Shown: piece after piece, positions 19,003 to 27,815 of the stretch
How positions within the stretch are numbered: the first letter of the stretch is position 1
Layout of the letters: each line of letters opens with the position of its first letter
Assembly: GCA_930987745.1 (NCBI GenBank)
Contig: CAKNKX010000006.1
Coordinates: 799 to 64,798, forward strand
From: an uncultured Clostridium sp.
GTDB lineage: Bacteria > Bacillota > Clostridia > TANB77 > CAG-508
Length of the DNA stretch: 64,000 bases
Reading direction: 5' to 3'
Translations under genes and position numbers: made by a program
Notes under the pieces: generated by a model
Told to the model about the DNA's origin: nothing
Databases searched by the model: none
The model's input: only the letters and a program-made list of their open reading frames with translations

Positions 19003-19362
19003 TTATTTTAACTTTTCCCATTCACTTTCTTTAAAACCAACAAGTATTTTTTTGTCTGATATAAAAATAGGTCTTTTTATAAGCATACCATCACTTGCAA
19101 GTAAAGATATTTTTTCTTTATCAGTCATGGTAGGTAATTTTTCTTTTAGATTTAATTCTTTATATTTCATCCCACTTGTATTAAACCATTTTTTAATATC
19201 TAATCCACTTTCTTTTATCCACGAAGTTAATTCTTTATCTGTTGGAGTTTCTTCAACTATATGTCTATCTACAAATGCAATTTTATTATCTTCTAACCAT
19301 TTTTTAGCTTTTTTACAAGTTGAACATTTTGGATATTCTATAAATAAATTTTTCATTCTCAA
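19003..19362 (-). CDS. ArsC/Spx-family (arsenate reductase-like, YffB-type) protein
   Basis: 119 aa with an N-terminal CSTCKKAKKWL motif and a C-terminal LLASDGMLIKRPIF motif, both typical of the ArsC/Spx fold family. Confidence 0.85.
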   Translation of the reverse strand: MRMKNLFIEYPKCSTCKKAKKWLEDNKIAFVDRHIVEETPTDKELTSWIKESGLDIKKWFNTSGMKYKELNLKEKLPTMTDKEKISLLASDGMLIKRPIFISDKKILVGFKESEWEKLK

Positions 19363-19476
19363 TTCTCCTTTTAATTTTTTTATATATTATCATATTCTAC
19401 TTAAGAATGAAAGCCATTTTATGTATAGACTTATTATTCAAAAAATAATATAATATACAGAGCAAGGAGGAAAATT

Positions 19477-20130
19477 ATGATTGGTAACCCTATAAATTAT
19501 GATAAAAAACAAACTGATAAACTTCCAAATACACAAGCAAAAATTGCCCCAGAATTAAGAAGATATATGAAATTAATAGAAGGAAAAGAAGTTTTAGATT
19601 TAGGTATTGGCCAAGGACAAAATTCAATTTTTCTTTCTAATTTTGGATTTCAAGTTACAGGAGTTGACTATTCTAAACAAGCTTTGGAAATATCTAAAGA
19701 AAACTGTCCTAATCTTAATCTTGTTCAAGATGACATTAGAAATTTTAATATAGGAAAAGACAAGTATGATTTAATATTGTCTAGTAATGTATTACATTTT
19801 CTTCATAAAGATGATTCTTATGAAATTATTGAAAATATTAAATCTAATTTAAAGACAAATGGATTAGCATATATATCAGTATTTTCTATAGATGACACTA
19901 GCTTGGATTTTAGAAAAAACAATCCTGATTTTTATGAATTAGAAAATAATGTTTTCCATAAAAAATCAGATGATACATACATGAGTTATTTTTCTAAAGA
20001 TGAGATTTTAAATCTTTTTTCTGATTTTACTACTATATTTATCTCAGATGAATATAGTTTAGATTTAGGACATGGAAAACCTCATTATCATGGAATGATA
20101 AAATATGTAGGTAAAAAAGGAAATACATAG
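19477..20130 (+). CDS. Class I SAM-dependent methyltransferase (TehB-like)
   Basis: 217 aa with motif I VLDLGIGQGQNS and post-I VTGVDYS. Confidence 0.8.
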   Translation: MIGNPINYDKKQTDKLPNTQAKIAPELRRYMKLIEGKEVLDLGIGQGQNSIFLSNFGFQVTGVDYSKQALEISKENCPNLNLVQDDIRNFNIGKDKYDLILSSNVLHFLHKDDSYEIIENIKSNLKTNGLAYISVFSIDDTSLDFRKNNPDFYELENNVFHKKSDDTYMSYFSKDEILNLFSDFTTIFISDEYSLDLGHGKPHYHGMIKYVGKKGNT

Positions 20131-20206
20131 AAAAAGGAGCTAAATTAAAGTATTTTATAAACTTTATATTAGCTCTTTATTTTTTATTTAAGGCACTTAA
20201 AACCTT

Positions 20207-21001
20207 TTAAACTCCAACACTTTTTGTTTCTGGTAATGTAGAACCACCATCTATTACAAAACTTTGTCCTGTAATATATGAAGATTCATTACTTGCCAAA
20301 AATGCTGCAAGTTCTCCTAATTCTTCTATTGTTCCTAGTCTTTTCATTGGGATTCCATCTGCTATTCCATCCACAACAGATTTTGGATTATTTGAATTAG
20401 AATCTTTTGCAATTCCTTCAACCATTGGTGTCATGATATATCCTGGAAGTATTGCATTAACTCTAATTCCTTTTTCAACTAGTTCTGCTGCTAATCCTTT
20501 TGTAAATCCTAAAAGTGCTGCTTTTGTAGTAGCATAGGCTACTTCTCCTGTATCTGCTACCATTGTTCCTGTTACAGATGAAAGATTAACAATTGCTCCA
20601 TCTTTTGGCATATATGGAACAAAGGCTTTTGAAACATTCCAACTTCCTTTTATATTTATATCAAAGTGATAATCTCTAATCTCATCTGGTGTTTCTAAAA
20701 ATGGTGTTAATTTAGCAACTCCTGCATTATTTACTAATACATCTACTTGTCCATATTTTTCATAAACTTCTTTTGCTATTTCATTTACTCTTTTGCTGTC
20801 TCTTATATCCACTTTATATCCTTCTACAGGTTCACCTTTTTCTTTAAAATCTGCAACAACCTCATCAATTTTGTCTGAATAATCTAAAATAATAACTTTT
20901 GCTCCATGTTTTAAAAATACTTTTACTATTCCTAAACCATTTCCCATAGCTCCACCTGTTACTACAGAGACTTTATTTTCTAATTTCATATTACCCTCCA
21001 A
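20207..21001 (-). CDS. SDR-family oxidoreductase (FabG/glucose dehydrogenase-like)
   Basis: 264 aa with cofactor motif VTGGAMGNGLG, NNAG, and catalytic YATTKAA (YxxxK). Confidence 0.9.
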   Translation of the reverse strand: MEGNMKLENKVSVVTGGAMGNGLGIVKVFLKHGAKVIILDYSDKIDEVVADFKEKGEPVEGYKVDIRDSKRVNEIAKEVYEKYGQVDVLVNNAGVAKLTPFLETPDEIRDYHFDINIKGSWNVSKAFVPYMPKDGAIVNLSSVTGTMVADTGEVAYATTKAALLGFTKGLAAELVEKGIRVNAILPGYIMTPMVEGIAKDSNSNNPKSVVDGIADGIPMKRLGTIEELGELAAFLASNESSYITGQSFVIDGGSTLPETKSVGV

Positions 21002-21011
21002 AATATTTATT

Positions 21012-21392
21012 TTATTCTACTTCTGCTTTCCATAAACCATGTTTATTACAATATGCATATAAAGTTGCACCTTGTATATATGGAAATCTTACTTCTGCTG
21101 TTTGTTCTGGATATAGTTTTACTGTTATTTCTTTATTTTCTTTTACCATACTAATCCATTCAATGTAATGTTCTTTTTCCATTACATGATTTACTTTTAC
21201 TAATAATTCATCTTCTACTTTTTCATATGTTGGAACATGTTTTTCAACTGCTGCATCAACAGAATTTGGAACTAATTTTTCCATTGGTTCTCCACAACAT
21301 ACAATTCCACATCCTTGACAATTGCAATCTTCAATTACTTTTACAATTGCTCCACATGATTTACATTTTTTTATTACTAATTCATTTTTCAT
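21012..21392 (-). CDS. dfx: Desulfoferrodoxin (superoxide reductase, class I)
   Basis: 126 aa. The N-terminal desulforedoxin-like cysteines are CKSCGAIV...CGIVCCG. The C-terminal SOR ligand pattern is EKHVP...H..EKEHYIEW...CNKHGLW. Confidence 0.85.
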   Translation of the reverse strand: MKNELVIKKCKSCGAIVKVIEDCNCQGCGIVCCGEPMEKLVPNSVDAAVEKHVPTYEKVEDELLVKVNHVMEKEHYIEWISMVKENKEITVKLYPEQTAEVRFPYIQGATLYAYCNKHGLWKAEVE

Positions 21393-21541
21393 ACTATCTT
21401 CCTCCTTTTTATGCTTTGATTATATTATTTATTTTAAAACTTGTCTAGTAATTTTATACTAATCTTAAGTATATTTTTTAGTAGCATGCATATAATATAT
21501 AAAGAAATATTTGGTAATTACCAATATTTTAAGATTTTTTA

Positions 21542-21571
21542 TTGACAAATATATTTATATGGGTGTATAAT
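21542..21571 (+). promoter_or_regulatory. Sigma-A-type promoter of the disrupted tRNA-fMet gene
   Basis: TTGACA (21542-21547), an 18-nt spacer ending in TG, then TATAAT (21566-21571). It lies about 18 nt upstream of the tRNA 5' end. Confidence 0.65.
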
Positions 21572-21588
21572 AACAAAGATTTAAACAT

Positions 21589-21626
21589 CGCGGGGTGGAG
21601 CAGTTGGCAGCTCGTTGGGCTCATAA
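21589..21626 (+). pseudogene. Orphan 5' half of initiator tRNA-fMet (5' end through anticodon-loop CTCATAA)
   Basis: cgcggggtggagcagttggcagctcgttgggctcataa is identical to the first 38 nt of the intact tRNA at 25979. Identity ends after CTCATAA, where aaatagggc follows. Confidence 0.9.
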
Positions 21627-21929
21627 AAATAGGGCTACGAAAAAGTCAAACGCTTTACATTTCGGGATTTTTTTATTGCAATGCTTGATACTGTAAGAAT
21701 TGCTAAAATGCAATAAGAAGAATTTAACAGAATTAAAAGGAAATAAAACGAATTAAAATATAAAAAATTTATAAAAAGATTAGGGATAAATTAGGGATAA
21801 GTCAAAAATGAAAATGATAAAATAAAAGTAACCAAAAAAGGGAAAATAAAAACTACCAAAATTGGTTACTTTTTTGATTGCAAAAAAATAGTTTGATATA
21901 CTACTTCTTTGTAAGGAGGAAGTATACAA

Positions 21930-23159
21930 ATGAAAGAAAATATAAAGTTAAAAAATATGAAAGGACAATTAGAAATAATGAAAACCTTAGGAATAAAGCC
22001 GAATTTTAGTGAATTAGAAAGAGCTTTTGAAATAGAAAGACATACAATAAAAAAATATTATGAAGGATATGAAGGAAAAAAAGCAAATAGAAATAAACCA
22101 TCGAAATTAGATAAATATTATGATGAAATTAAAAGTAAAATAGAATTAGTAGGAATTACTCAAATGGGATTGTACCAATATTTATACAATAAAGATAATT
22201 CCATAGGAACTTATTCAAATTTTAAAAAGTATTTAACAAAGCATGAATTAAAACCAAGTAAAAGTCAAAAAGTTCATTTAAGATATGAAACAGATTCCGG
22301 AGAACAGTTACAATTTGATTGGAAAGAAGATATAAAGATGATCAGCAAACATGGAGAAGTATTTGAATTTAATGTATTTTCTGCAACTTTAGGATATTCT
22401 AGATTACATGATTTTGTATATAGTAGAACAAAAACCAGAGAAGATGTAGAAAGATGTTTAATGACAACATTTAAATTTTTCAATGGTGTACCTAAACAAT
22501 TGTTAATTGATAACATGAGAGCAGTAGTTGATATTAATGGAAATAAAAGAACAGTAAATCCAGAATTTAATCAATTTGCTAAAGATATGGGTACTTGTGT
22601 GAAATTATGTAAGCCAAGGTCTCCTGAAACGAAAGGAAAAGATGAAACAGCCAATAAGTTCATGTCATGGTTAATACCATACAATCATGAATTTGAAGAT
22701 GAAGAAGAATTAATTAGAATTATTAAAAATATAAGAGATAAAGTTAATTCTACTGTTCATCAAACAACTAATGTACCACCTATCCTTTTGTTTCAAAAAG
22801 AAAAAGAATATCTTCTACCTTTGCCAAGCAATAAAGTCATGCTTTCTTACTTGGAAAATGTGGAGAAAACTAAGGTTTATCCCGATTCCTTAATTTACTA
22901 CAAAGGTAAAAAATATTCTGTTTCACCCAAATATATTAATCAGTATGTCCAATTAAAACAAACTGATAATATATTGTATATATATCATAATAAACAAATA
23001 ATAGCAACACATGAAATCAATTTAAAATTAATAAATTATGCTAAAGAACATTATGTAGAAGGTTTAACAATTTCTATGCCATATAAAGATAGATCTGACA
23101 TAGAAAAATATGCTAATGATAATTTGAAACGTTTAGATAGATTATTGGATGTAAAATAG
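21930..23159 (+). CDS. istA: IS21-family transposase IstA
   Basis: 409 aa with an N-terminal HTH and a DDE region (QFDWKE...LLIDNMRAVV...ETKGKDE). Confidence 0.9.
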   Translation: MKENIKLKNMKGQLEIMKTLGIKPNFSELERAFEIERHTIKKYYEGYEGKKANRNKPSKLDKYYDEIKSKIELVGITQMGLYQYLYNKDNSIGTYSNFKKYLTKHELKPSKSQKVHLRYETDSGEQLQFDWKEDIKMISKHGEVFEFNVFSATLGYSRLHDFVYSRTKTREDVERCLMTTFKFFNGVPKQLLIDNMRAVVDINGNKRTVNPEFNQFAKDMGTCVKLCKPRSPETKGKDETANKFMSWLIPYNHEFEDEEELIRIIKNIRDKVNSTVHQTTNVPPILLFQKEKEYLLPLPSNKVMLSYLENVEKTKVYPDSLIYYKGKKYSVSPKYINQYVQLKQTDNILYIYHNKQIIATHEINLKLINYAKEHYVEGLTISMPYKDRSDIEKYANDNLKRLDRLLDVK

Positions 23160-23209
23160 ATAAAGGATTTAAATAATATAAAATTAATAAAAAGAAAGAG
23201 GTAATTTTT

Positions 23210-23971
23210 ATGATATATAATCAAGTAATAAATAATTTACAAAAACTAAAATTAAATAAGATGAGTACATATTTATCAACATATTTAGATGAGATAAATA
23301 AAAATAATATTTCCTTTTTAGATGCACTTCTTAATCTTACTCAGAAAGAAATAGAATTTAAAGAACAAAGAGCTTCTGAATTTAATATACGAGTGGCTGG
23401 GTTTCCTTTTATTAGAACTTTAGATGAATTTGATTTCGATTTTCAACCAAGTATTAATAAAAAAGAAGTTTTAGATTTAGCAACACTTAGATTTATTGAA
23501 GAGAAGAAAAATGTTTTGTTAATTGGGTCTAGTGGTGTTGGCAAAACGCATATTGCAACAGCCATTGGCATTGAAGCTGCTAAAAAAAGAGTTAGTACAT
23601 ATTTCATTAGTTGTCATGATTTAATCACTAAACTTAATATTGCACATCAAGAAAATAGATTAAAGGATGCTTTAAAAACATTTAATAAATATAAGTTATT
23701 GATAATTGATGAGATTGGATATTTACCTGTAGACAAAAATGGTGCAAATTTACTGTTTCAATTAATTGCAAAAAGATACGAAAAAAGTTCTACCATAATA
23801 ACTACAAATCAGCAATTTTCTAAATGGGGAGAAATTTTTTCAGATAATATACTTGCTAATGCAATACTTGATAGATTATTACACCATTCGTATGTTTTTA
23901 ATATTACAGGTGATTCTTACAGATTAAAAGATATATTAAATAAAATGGAAAACTTTGACAATTCTATGTAA
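23210..23971 (+). CDS. istB: IS21-family helper ATPase IstB
   Basis: 253 aa with Walker A GSSGVGKTHIATAIG and Walker B LLIIDEIGYLP. Confidence 0.92.
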   Translation: MIYNQVINNLQKLKLNKMSTYLSTYLDEINKNNISFLDALLNLTQKEIEFKEQRASEFNIRVAGFPFIRTLDEFDFDFQPSINKKEVLDLATLRFIEEKKNVLLIGSSGVGKTHIATAIGIEAAKKRVSTYFISCHDLITKLNIAHQENRLKDALKTFNKYKLLIIDEIGYLPVDKNGANLLFQLIAKRYEKSSTIITTNQQFSKWGEIFSDNILANAILDRLLHHSYVFNITGDSYRLKDILNKMENFDNSM

Positions 23972-24058
23972 TTAAACTTTATCTAAATTGGTAAAAATTA
24001 TTTTCCCTTTTTTGGTAATTTTGGTATTGACTTTTATAAATACCCTGTTGTTTACAGT

Positions 24059-24072
24059 TCACTAATTAGTGA
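24059..24072. promoter_or_regulatory. Perfect 14-bp palindrome TCACTAATTAGTGA (copy 1), a candidate operator
   Basis: Read directly. It lies about 48 nt upstream of the ATG at 24120. Confidence 0.5.
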
Positions 24073-24119
24073 GCATTTCAACGAAACCAGCTAAAAAAAC
24101 ATCTTTAGGAGGTATTACT

Positions 24120-24506
24120 ATGTTAAATATTATTTATGCAAGTCTGGGATTAGCAATTTTGATTTTAGCAGTAATTTATTTAATACTCCTTACTGTCCTT
24201 ATGATTAAGAAAAAATACAGTAATGTAGCAAGTATTAAAGTTCGGATTGTGTTTACATCAATTCTGTGTGCTTTATTTATCATCAAGATAATTCCGGCAA
24301 TAATGCTAGGAAAGTCAATCGTAAGTGAAATCTTTTGTGCAATACTTTGGGCTATATGTACCGTACTAGGCTTTTGGTCTTTACAGGATGCATATAATAA
24401 GGCACGGGACTCTGAATTTTATATCTTTATAAACTCGAGATTTAAAGAGAATGAAGATGTAATAGATGTTGATTTCACAGAAGAACAAGACATTGATGAA
24501 AGATAA
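24120..24506 (+). CDS. Small membrane protein (GC-richer cargo)
   Basis: I moved the start to the ATG at 24120, which has an AGGAGG RBS (MLNIIYASLGLAILILAVIYL...). It has three hydrophobic helices and an acidic tail. It contains two in-frame CGG codons (24243, 24405). Confidence 0.6.
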   Translation: MLNIIYASLGLAILILAVIYLILLTVLMIKKKYSNVASIKVRIVFTSILCALFIIKIIPAIMLGKSIVSEIFCAILWAICTVLGFWSLQDAYNKARDSEFYIFINSRFKENEDVIDVDFTEEQDIDER

Positions 24507-24668
24507 AAGCCGTAACGAATAACATCAGTAAACAACACAGGGAAAAGTAAGAAGCATGGTTTTGGGGAAAGATGAACGATTATGTTCGTCTTTTTCTTTT
24601 GGCAAAATTTGATTTTTATGTGAATATATTGTATAATATAAGTATGTAACATTAGTTATTTCTTATTA

Positions 24669-24682
24669 TCACTAATTAGTGA
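24669..24682. promoter_or_regulatory. Perfect 14-bp palindrome TCACTAATTAGTGA (copy 2), a candidate operator
   Basis: Identical to copy 1. It lies about 84 nt upstream of the ATG at 24766. Confidence 0.5.
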
Positions 24683-24765
24683 GAGGAAAGTCCTCTGGCT
24701 TTTTGGTAATTACACAATGAGAAATAAGCAACGAAAAAAGAATAAATTTATAGGAGGAATTAAGT

Positions 24766-25110
24766 ATGTTACGGAAATTTGTTTGGTGGTTTATCATTTT
24801 TGGTTTGAGCTTTTTAGTTCAAAGCTGGGGTTGGGCAGATCAAGGAACTGCATTCCTTTGGATTCATCTCGGTGGCACAGGACTTCTTCTTGCAGTAATC
24901 TTTTTCTTATGTTGGGTTGCAGGAGATGATTTATATGAGAGACTCGGTCTTTCATTTATAGTTGCCATTATAGGTGCTATAATTCTTGGTGTCACACTGT
25001 TTGCAACTTGGGGTGCTACTCAATTATTTGGTGTAGAATTTACAGTTGCATATCAGATTATGACATTCGGACAGTGCTTGTGCGGAAGCTCCAAAAAAGA
25101 TGACGACTAA
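24766..25110 (+). CDS. Small membrane protein (GC-richer cargo)
   Basis: 114 aa with an AGGAGG RBS and multiple TM segments (FVWWFIIFGLSFLV, GLLLAVIFFLCWV, FIVAIIGAIILGVTLFATW). Codon 3 is an in-frame CGG. Confidence 0.65.
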   Translation: MLRKFVWWFIIFGLSFLVQSWGWADQGTAFLWIHLGGTGLLLAVIFFLCWVAGDDLYERLGLSFIVAIIGAIILGVTLFATWGATQLFGVEFTVAYQIMTFGQCLCGSSKKDDD

Positions 25111-25218
25111 AAATGCTACAAGAATGGGGTGGAGAAAGAAAAAAACTTTCTCCATCTTGTTTTTATTTATTAAGTTTGATATTGTTAATAAAAATGATAA
25201 TTATAAAAGGACTAATAT

Positions 25219-25434
25219 ATGATGTATGAAAAAATATTAAATGAAAATATTGATAGATTAGATATATCTTGCTCAATAATAGACTATTTAAAGAAAAACA
25301 ATATTGAAAAAATAAATCAATTGTGCAAAAATACAAAAAAAGATTTAATTAAATTGAAGATAGATTCTGTAGAAATATTTAATATTGAAAACCAACTACA
25401 ATTATTAGGATTAAATTTAAAAAGTAGTTATTAA
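25219..25434 (+). CDS. Small helix-hairpin-helix protein, RNA polymerase alpha C-terminal-domain-like
   Basis: 71 aa. I recognise the IDRLDISCSIIDYLKKNNIEKINQL pattern as alpha-CTD-like, but only tentatively. Confidence 0.4.
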   Translation: MMYEKILNENIDRLDISCSIIDYLKKNNIEKINQLCKNTKKDLIKLKIDSVEIFNIENQLQLLGLNLKSSY

Positions 25435-25453
25435 TAAATATGGAGAACAAATT

Positions 25454-25799
25454 ATGAATAAATACAGAGGTTTAATAAAATGTGCAGAATGTAATCATAT
25501 ATTCAAACGGACGAAAAGAAAGAAATAATATAAACTATAGATGTAATTATAGATTAAAGTATGGAAAGGACAAATGTAATAATAATACTATGGTGGAAGA
25601 AACATTATTGACAGATATGATTAGGCAACAATTAGATGTTATTAACATGTGTATAGATAATGTAGATATTCAATCTATTGTTAAAGAAATTATTGTATCT
25701 AAAGATAGAATTGAAATATTTTTTAAAAACCTACCAATAATAAGTTGTTATCTTGATAGTAAAATGGGAAAATTGCATTTTGACTCTTTAAATGATTAA
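25454..25799 (+). pseudogene. Remnant of a large serine recombinase (C-terminal zinc-ribbon and coiled-coil part only, with a frame break)
   Basis: MNKYRGLIKCAECNHIFK (frame 0, stop after 24 codons) continues in +1 as GRKERNNINYRCNYRLKYGKDKCNNNTMVEETLL. Together these form the C..C...Y.C...C zinc-ribbon pattern of large serine recombinases. The N-terminal catalytic domain is absent. Confidence 0.6.
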
Positions 25800-25932
25800 A
25801 AGGGGTACAACAATTTTTATTAAATTTATCGGTGGGGGAGAGCAAAATAGTAATATTTTTGAGAATTTAGCATATAATATAGAAGAGGTTTAAAATTTTT
25901 GCTTACATTTTTGGCTAAATTCTCAAAATCTA

Positions 25933-25962
25933 TTGACAAAATCATAATGTTAGTAGTATAAT
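25933..25962 (+). promoter_or_regulatory. Sigma-A-type promoter of the intact tRNA-fMet
   Basis: TTGACA (25933-25938), an 18-nt spacer, then TATAAT (25957-25962). Confidence 0.65.
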
Positions 25963-25978
25963 GAAAAATGTCAAACAT

Positions 25979-26054
25979 CGCGGGGTGGAGCAGTTGGCAG
26001 CTCGTTGGGCTCATAACCCAAAGGTCGTAAGTTCGAGTCTTACCCCCGCAACCA
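25979..26054 (+). tRNA. Initiator tRNA-fMet (anticodon CAT)
   Basis: 76-nt cloverleaf. There is a C1-A72 mismatch (CGCGGGG...CCCCGCA-A-CCA). The anticodon stem has three G-C pairs, GGG-CTCATAA-CCC. The T-arm is GGTCGTAAGTTCGAGTC. These are hallmarks of bacterial initiator tRNA. Confidence 0.93.
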
Positions 26055-26059
26055 AATTC

Positions 26060-26081
26060 GAGGCTTTAAGCCTCTTTTTTT
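26060..26081 (+). terminator. Rho-independent terminator after tRNA-fMet
   Basis: GAGGCTTTAAGCCTC hairpin followed by TTTTTTT. Confidence 0.8.
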
Positions 26082-26634
26082 ATTTAAAAATATTTTATAA
26101 AACGCGCTAATATCAAGCATTTTATCTAAAAATAATTTTACTTAATTTATTTTATTTTTTATAATTTTTTCCCAAGATTGCCCCCGAGAAATCATATATT
26201 AAAATTTTAGAGAGCAAGTGTTTCCCCATTAGTAATTTCAAGTAATACATGGATTGCATTATTCAAAATTGATTATTTTTCAATTGAATCTATATTTTCT
26301 TATCTTCATTTTCGATTATAATAGTTGGTTCCTTTAAAGGCTACTATATTTGTATTTTGAATATGGTTTTAATATTCATTCTATAAGAAATAATATTAAT
26401 TATGCTTTATCTAATAGAAATAAGAATATATCTATGAAAAATTTTGAAAGGATTTTTGGATATGAATATTATGAAAAGAATTTTGAACCTAAAATTTTTA
26501 TTGAAGAAGTTAGTAATCTAATAAAAAAACTTATATATAGTCAAGTAAAGAATAAATAAACTAATTATTTATTCTCTACTCGATTTATTCCATTTTAATA
26601 TGTATCATTATTTAGTATTTAAAATTGGATTCAA

Positions 26635-27660
26635 TCATTCTATTTTGGAACCTTTTGATCTATTACATTTCCAACATAAAGTTTGCAAGTTTTCTTCTGT
26701 TGTCATTCCGTTTTTTGATATAGGAATTATATGGTCAATTTCTAAAAGAAGATTAGGTTCTTTTTCAATTGAATTTCCACATTTACAACAAGTATAATTA
26801 TCTCTTTGTTTTATTTTTTCTCTCAATTGTGTCGTCATTAGTGCTCTTTGGCCTGCTGCACTTTTTCTAAATTTAACTAATTCACTTAAATATATAACAA
26901 ATTTATTAAGATTTTCTATATCAAAAGTTATATTACATTGCATTGAACTATTTCCACCAGAACTAGTATATTTAAAAGTATATTGAGGAAAATACAATTG
27001 ACTAAAATCTATATCCTTAAAACCTAATTTTCTAATCAATCTTTTTTTGTTAAATGTTTTTATCAATAATGGAACCTTATCGCTAATGCTATTAACAATG
27101 TTGTCTCTTTCATTTTTCAATAAATTTTTACCTTGTTCTGCAGCTGAAAAGTCATTTAAAACATTTTCAAATTTTTCAAGATTTTCCTCTGTTGGTTTTA
27201 TATTAAAATATTTACAAATGTATTTAAAAGGTTGCATTCTCGCATTACTGCAAACTGTTCTAGAACAATTATATATATTTTTTGCCTCTTGATATTTTCG
27301 TAAAGCTGGTCTTTTATAGTTCCATCTACTATTATCTATATAATTAGCAGTACCATAATCTATCCTTTTTATATCAGCATAAGTATTTTTTAAATTTTCG
27401 ATATGTTCGTTTAATTCATTACATTTATTTGTATTTTCTTTTATGCTATTTTTAATTTCAAGAAATTTATCAGAATTATAGTAAAAACATGTATATATAT
27501 CATATACCCAGCCTATTCCAAATAATCCAAATGTTAATAAATATATAATTCCTATTCCATATTCTTTTTCAATAAATTTATGAACACCTAACCAACCTAA
27601 TAATATAGTTAGTATTAATTCGTTATTATTTTTTTGATTTTGATTCATTATTTCCTCCAT
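26635..27660 (-). CDS. TM2-domain membrane anchor fused to a C-terminal HNH endonuclease
   Basis: 341 aa. The N-terminus LTILLGWLGVHKFIEKEYGIGIIYLLTFGLFGIGWVYDIY is TM2-like. The C-terminus is CCKCG...EIDHIIPISKNGMTTEENLQTLCWKCNRSKG, an HNH/His-Me finger with flanking CxxC pairs. Confidence 0.8.
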   Translation of the reverse strand: MEEIMNQNQKNNNELILTILLGWLGVHKFIEKEYGIGIIYLLTFGLFGIGWVYDIYTCFYYNSDKFLEIKNSIKENTNKCNELNEHIENLKNTYADIKRIDYGTANYIDNSRWNYKRPALRKYQEAKNIYNCSRTVCSNARMQPFKYICKYFNIKPTEENLEKFENVLNDFSAAEQGKNLLKNERDNIVNSISDKVPLLIKTFNKKRLIRKLGFKDIDFSQLYFPQYTFKYTSSGGNSSMQCNITFDIENLNKFVIYLSELVKFRKSAAGQRALMTTQLREKIKQRDNYTCCKCGNSIEKEPNLLLEIDHIIPISKNGMTTEENLQTLCWKCNRSKGSKIE

Positions 27661-27815
27661 TCTAAGTATTTGCTTTCTTAATTTTACTTTAGTATATCAT
27701 AATGAAAATTAATATACAATAATTGGATAACCTTTCACAAATTACTGATTTCTGCTATATTTATAAAATAAAGAGATAATAATTTCAACTAATTATCAGG
27801 CCTACTTATTGTAAT

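Larger units (their letters stand above)
21801..24031 (+). mobile_element. IS21-family insertion sequence (istA and istB)
   Basis: The ends are GTCAA...(T)AACCAAAAAAGGGAAAATAA on the left and TTATTTTCCCTTTTTTGGTAA...TTGAC on the right. These are inverted copies with the multiple-repeat architecture typical of IS21. I did not identify a target duplication. Confidence 0.75.

Noticed and set aside
21778-21800. Tandem attagggataa x2 at the left IS21 end as a target-site duplication
   Set aside because: Both copies are on the same side of the IS and no matching copy follows the right end at 24031. It is a local tandem duplication, not a TSD.
26350-26559. 69-aa ORF with a TTG start downstream of tRNA-fMet
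   Set aside because: It has no RBS, a non-ATG start and low-complexity Asn/Ile/Lys composition. Support for a gene call is insufficient.
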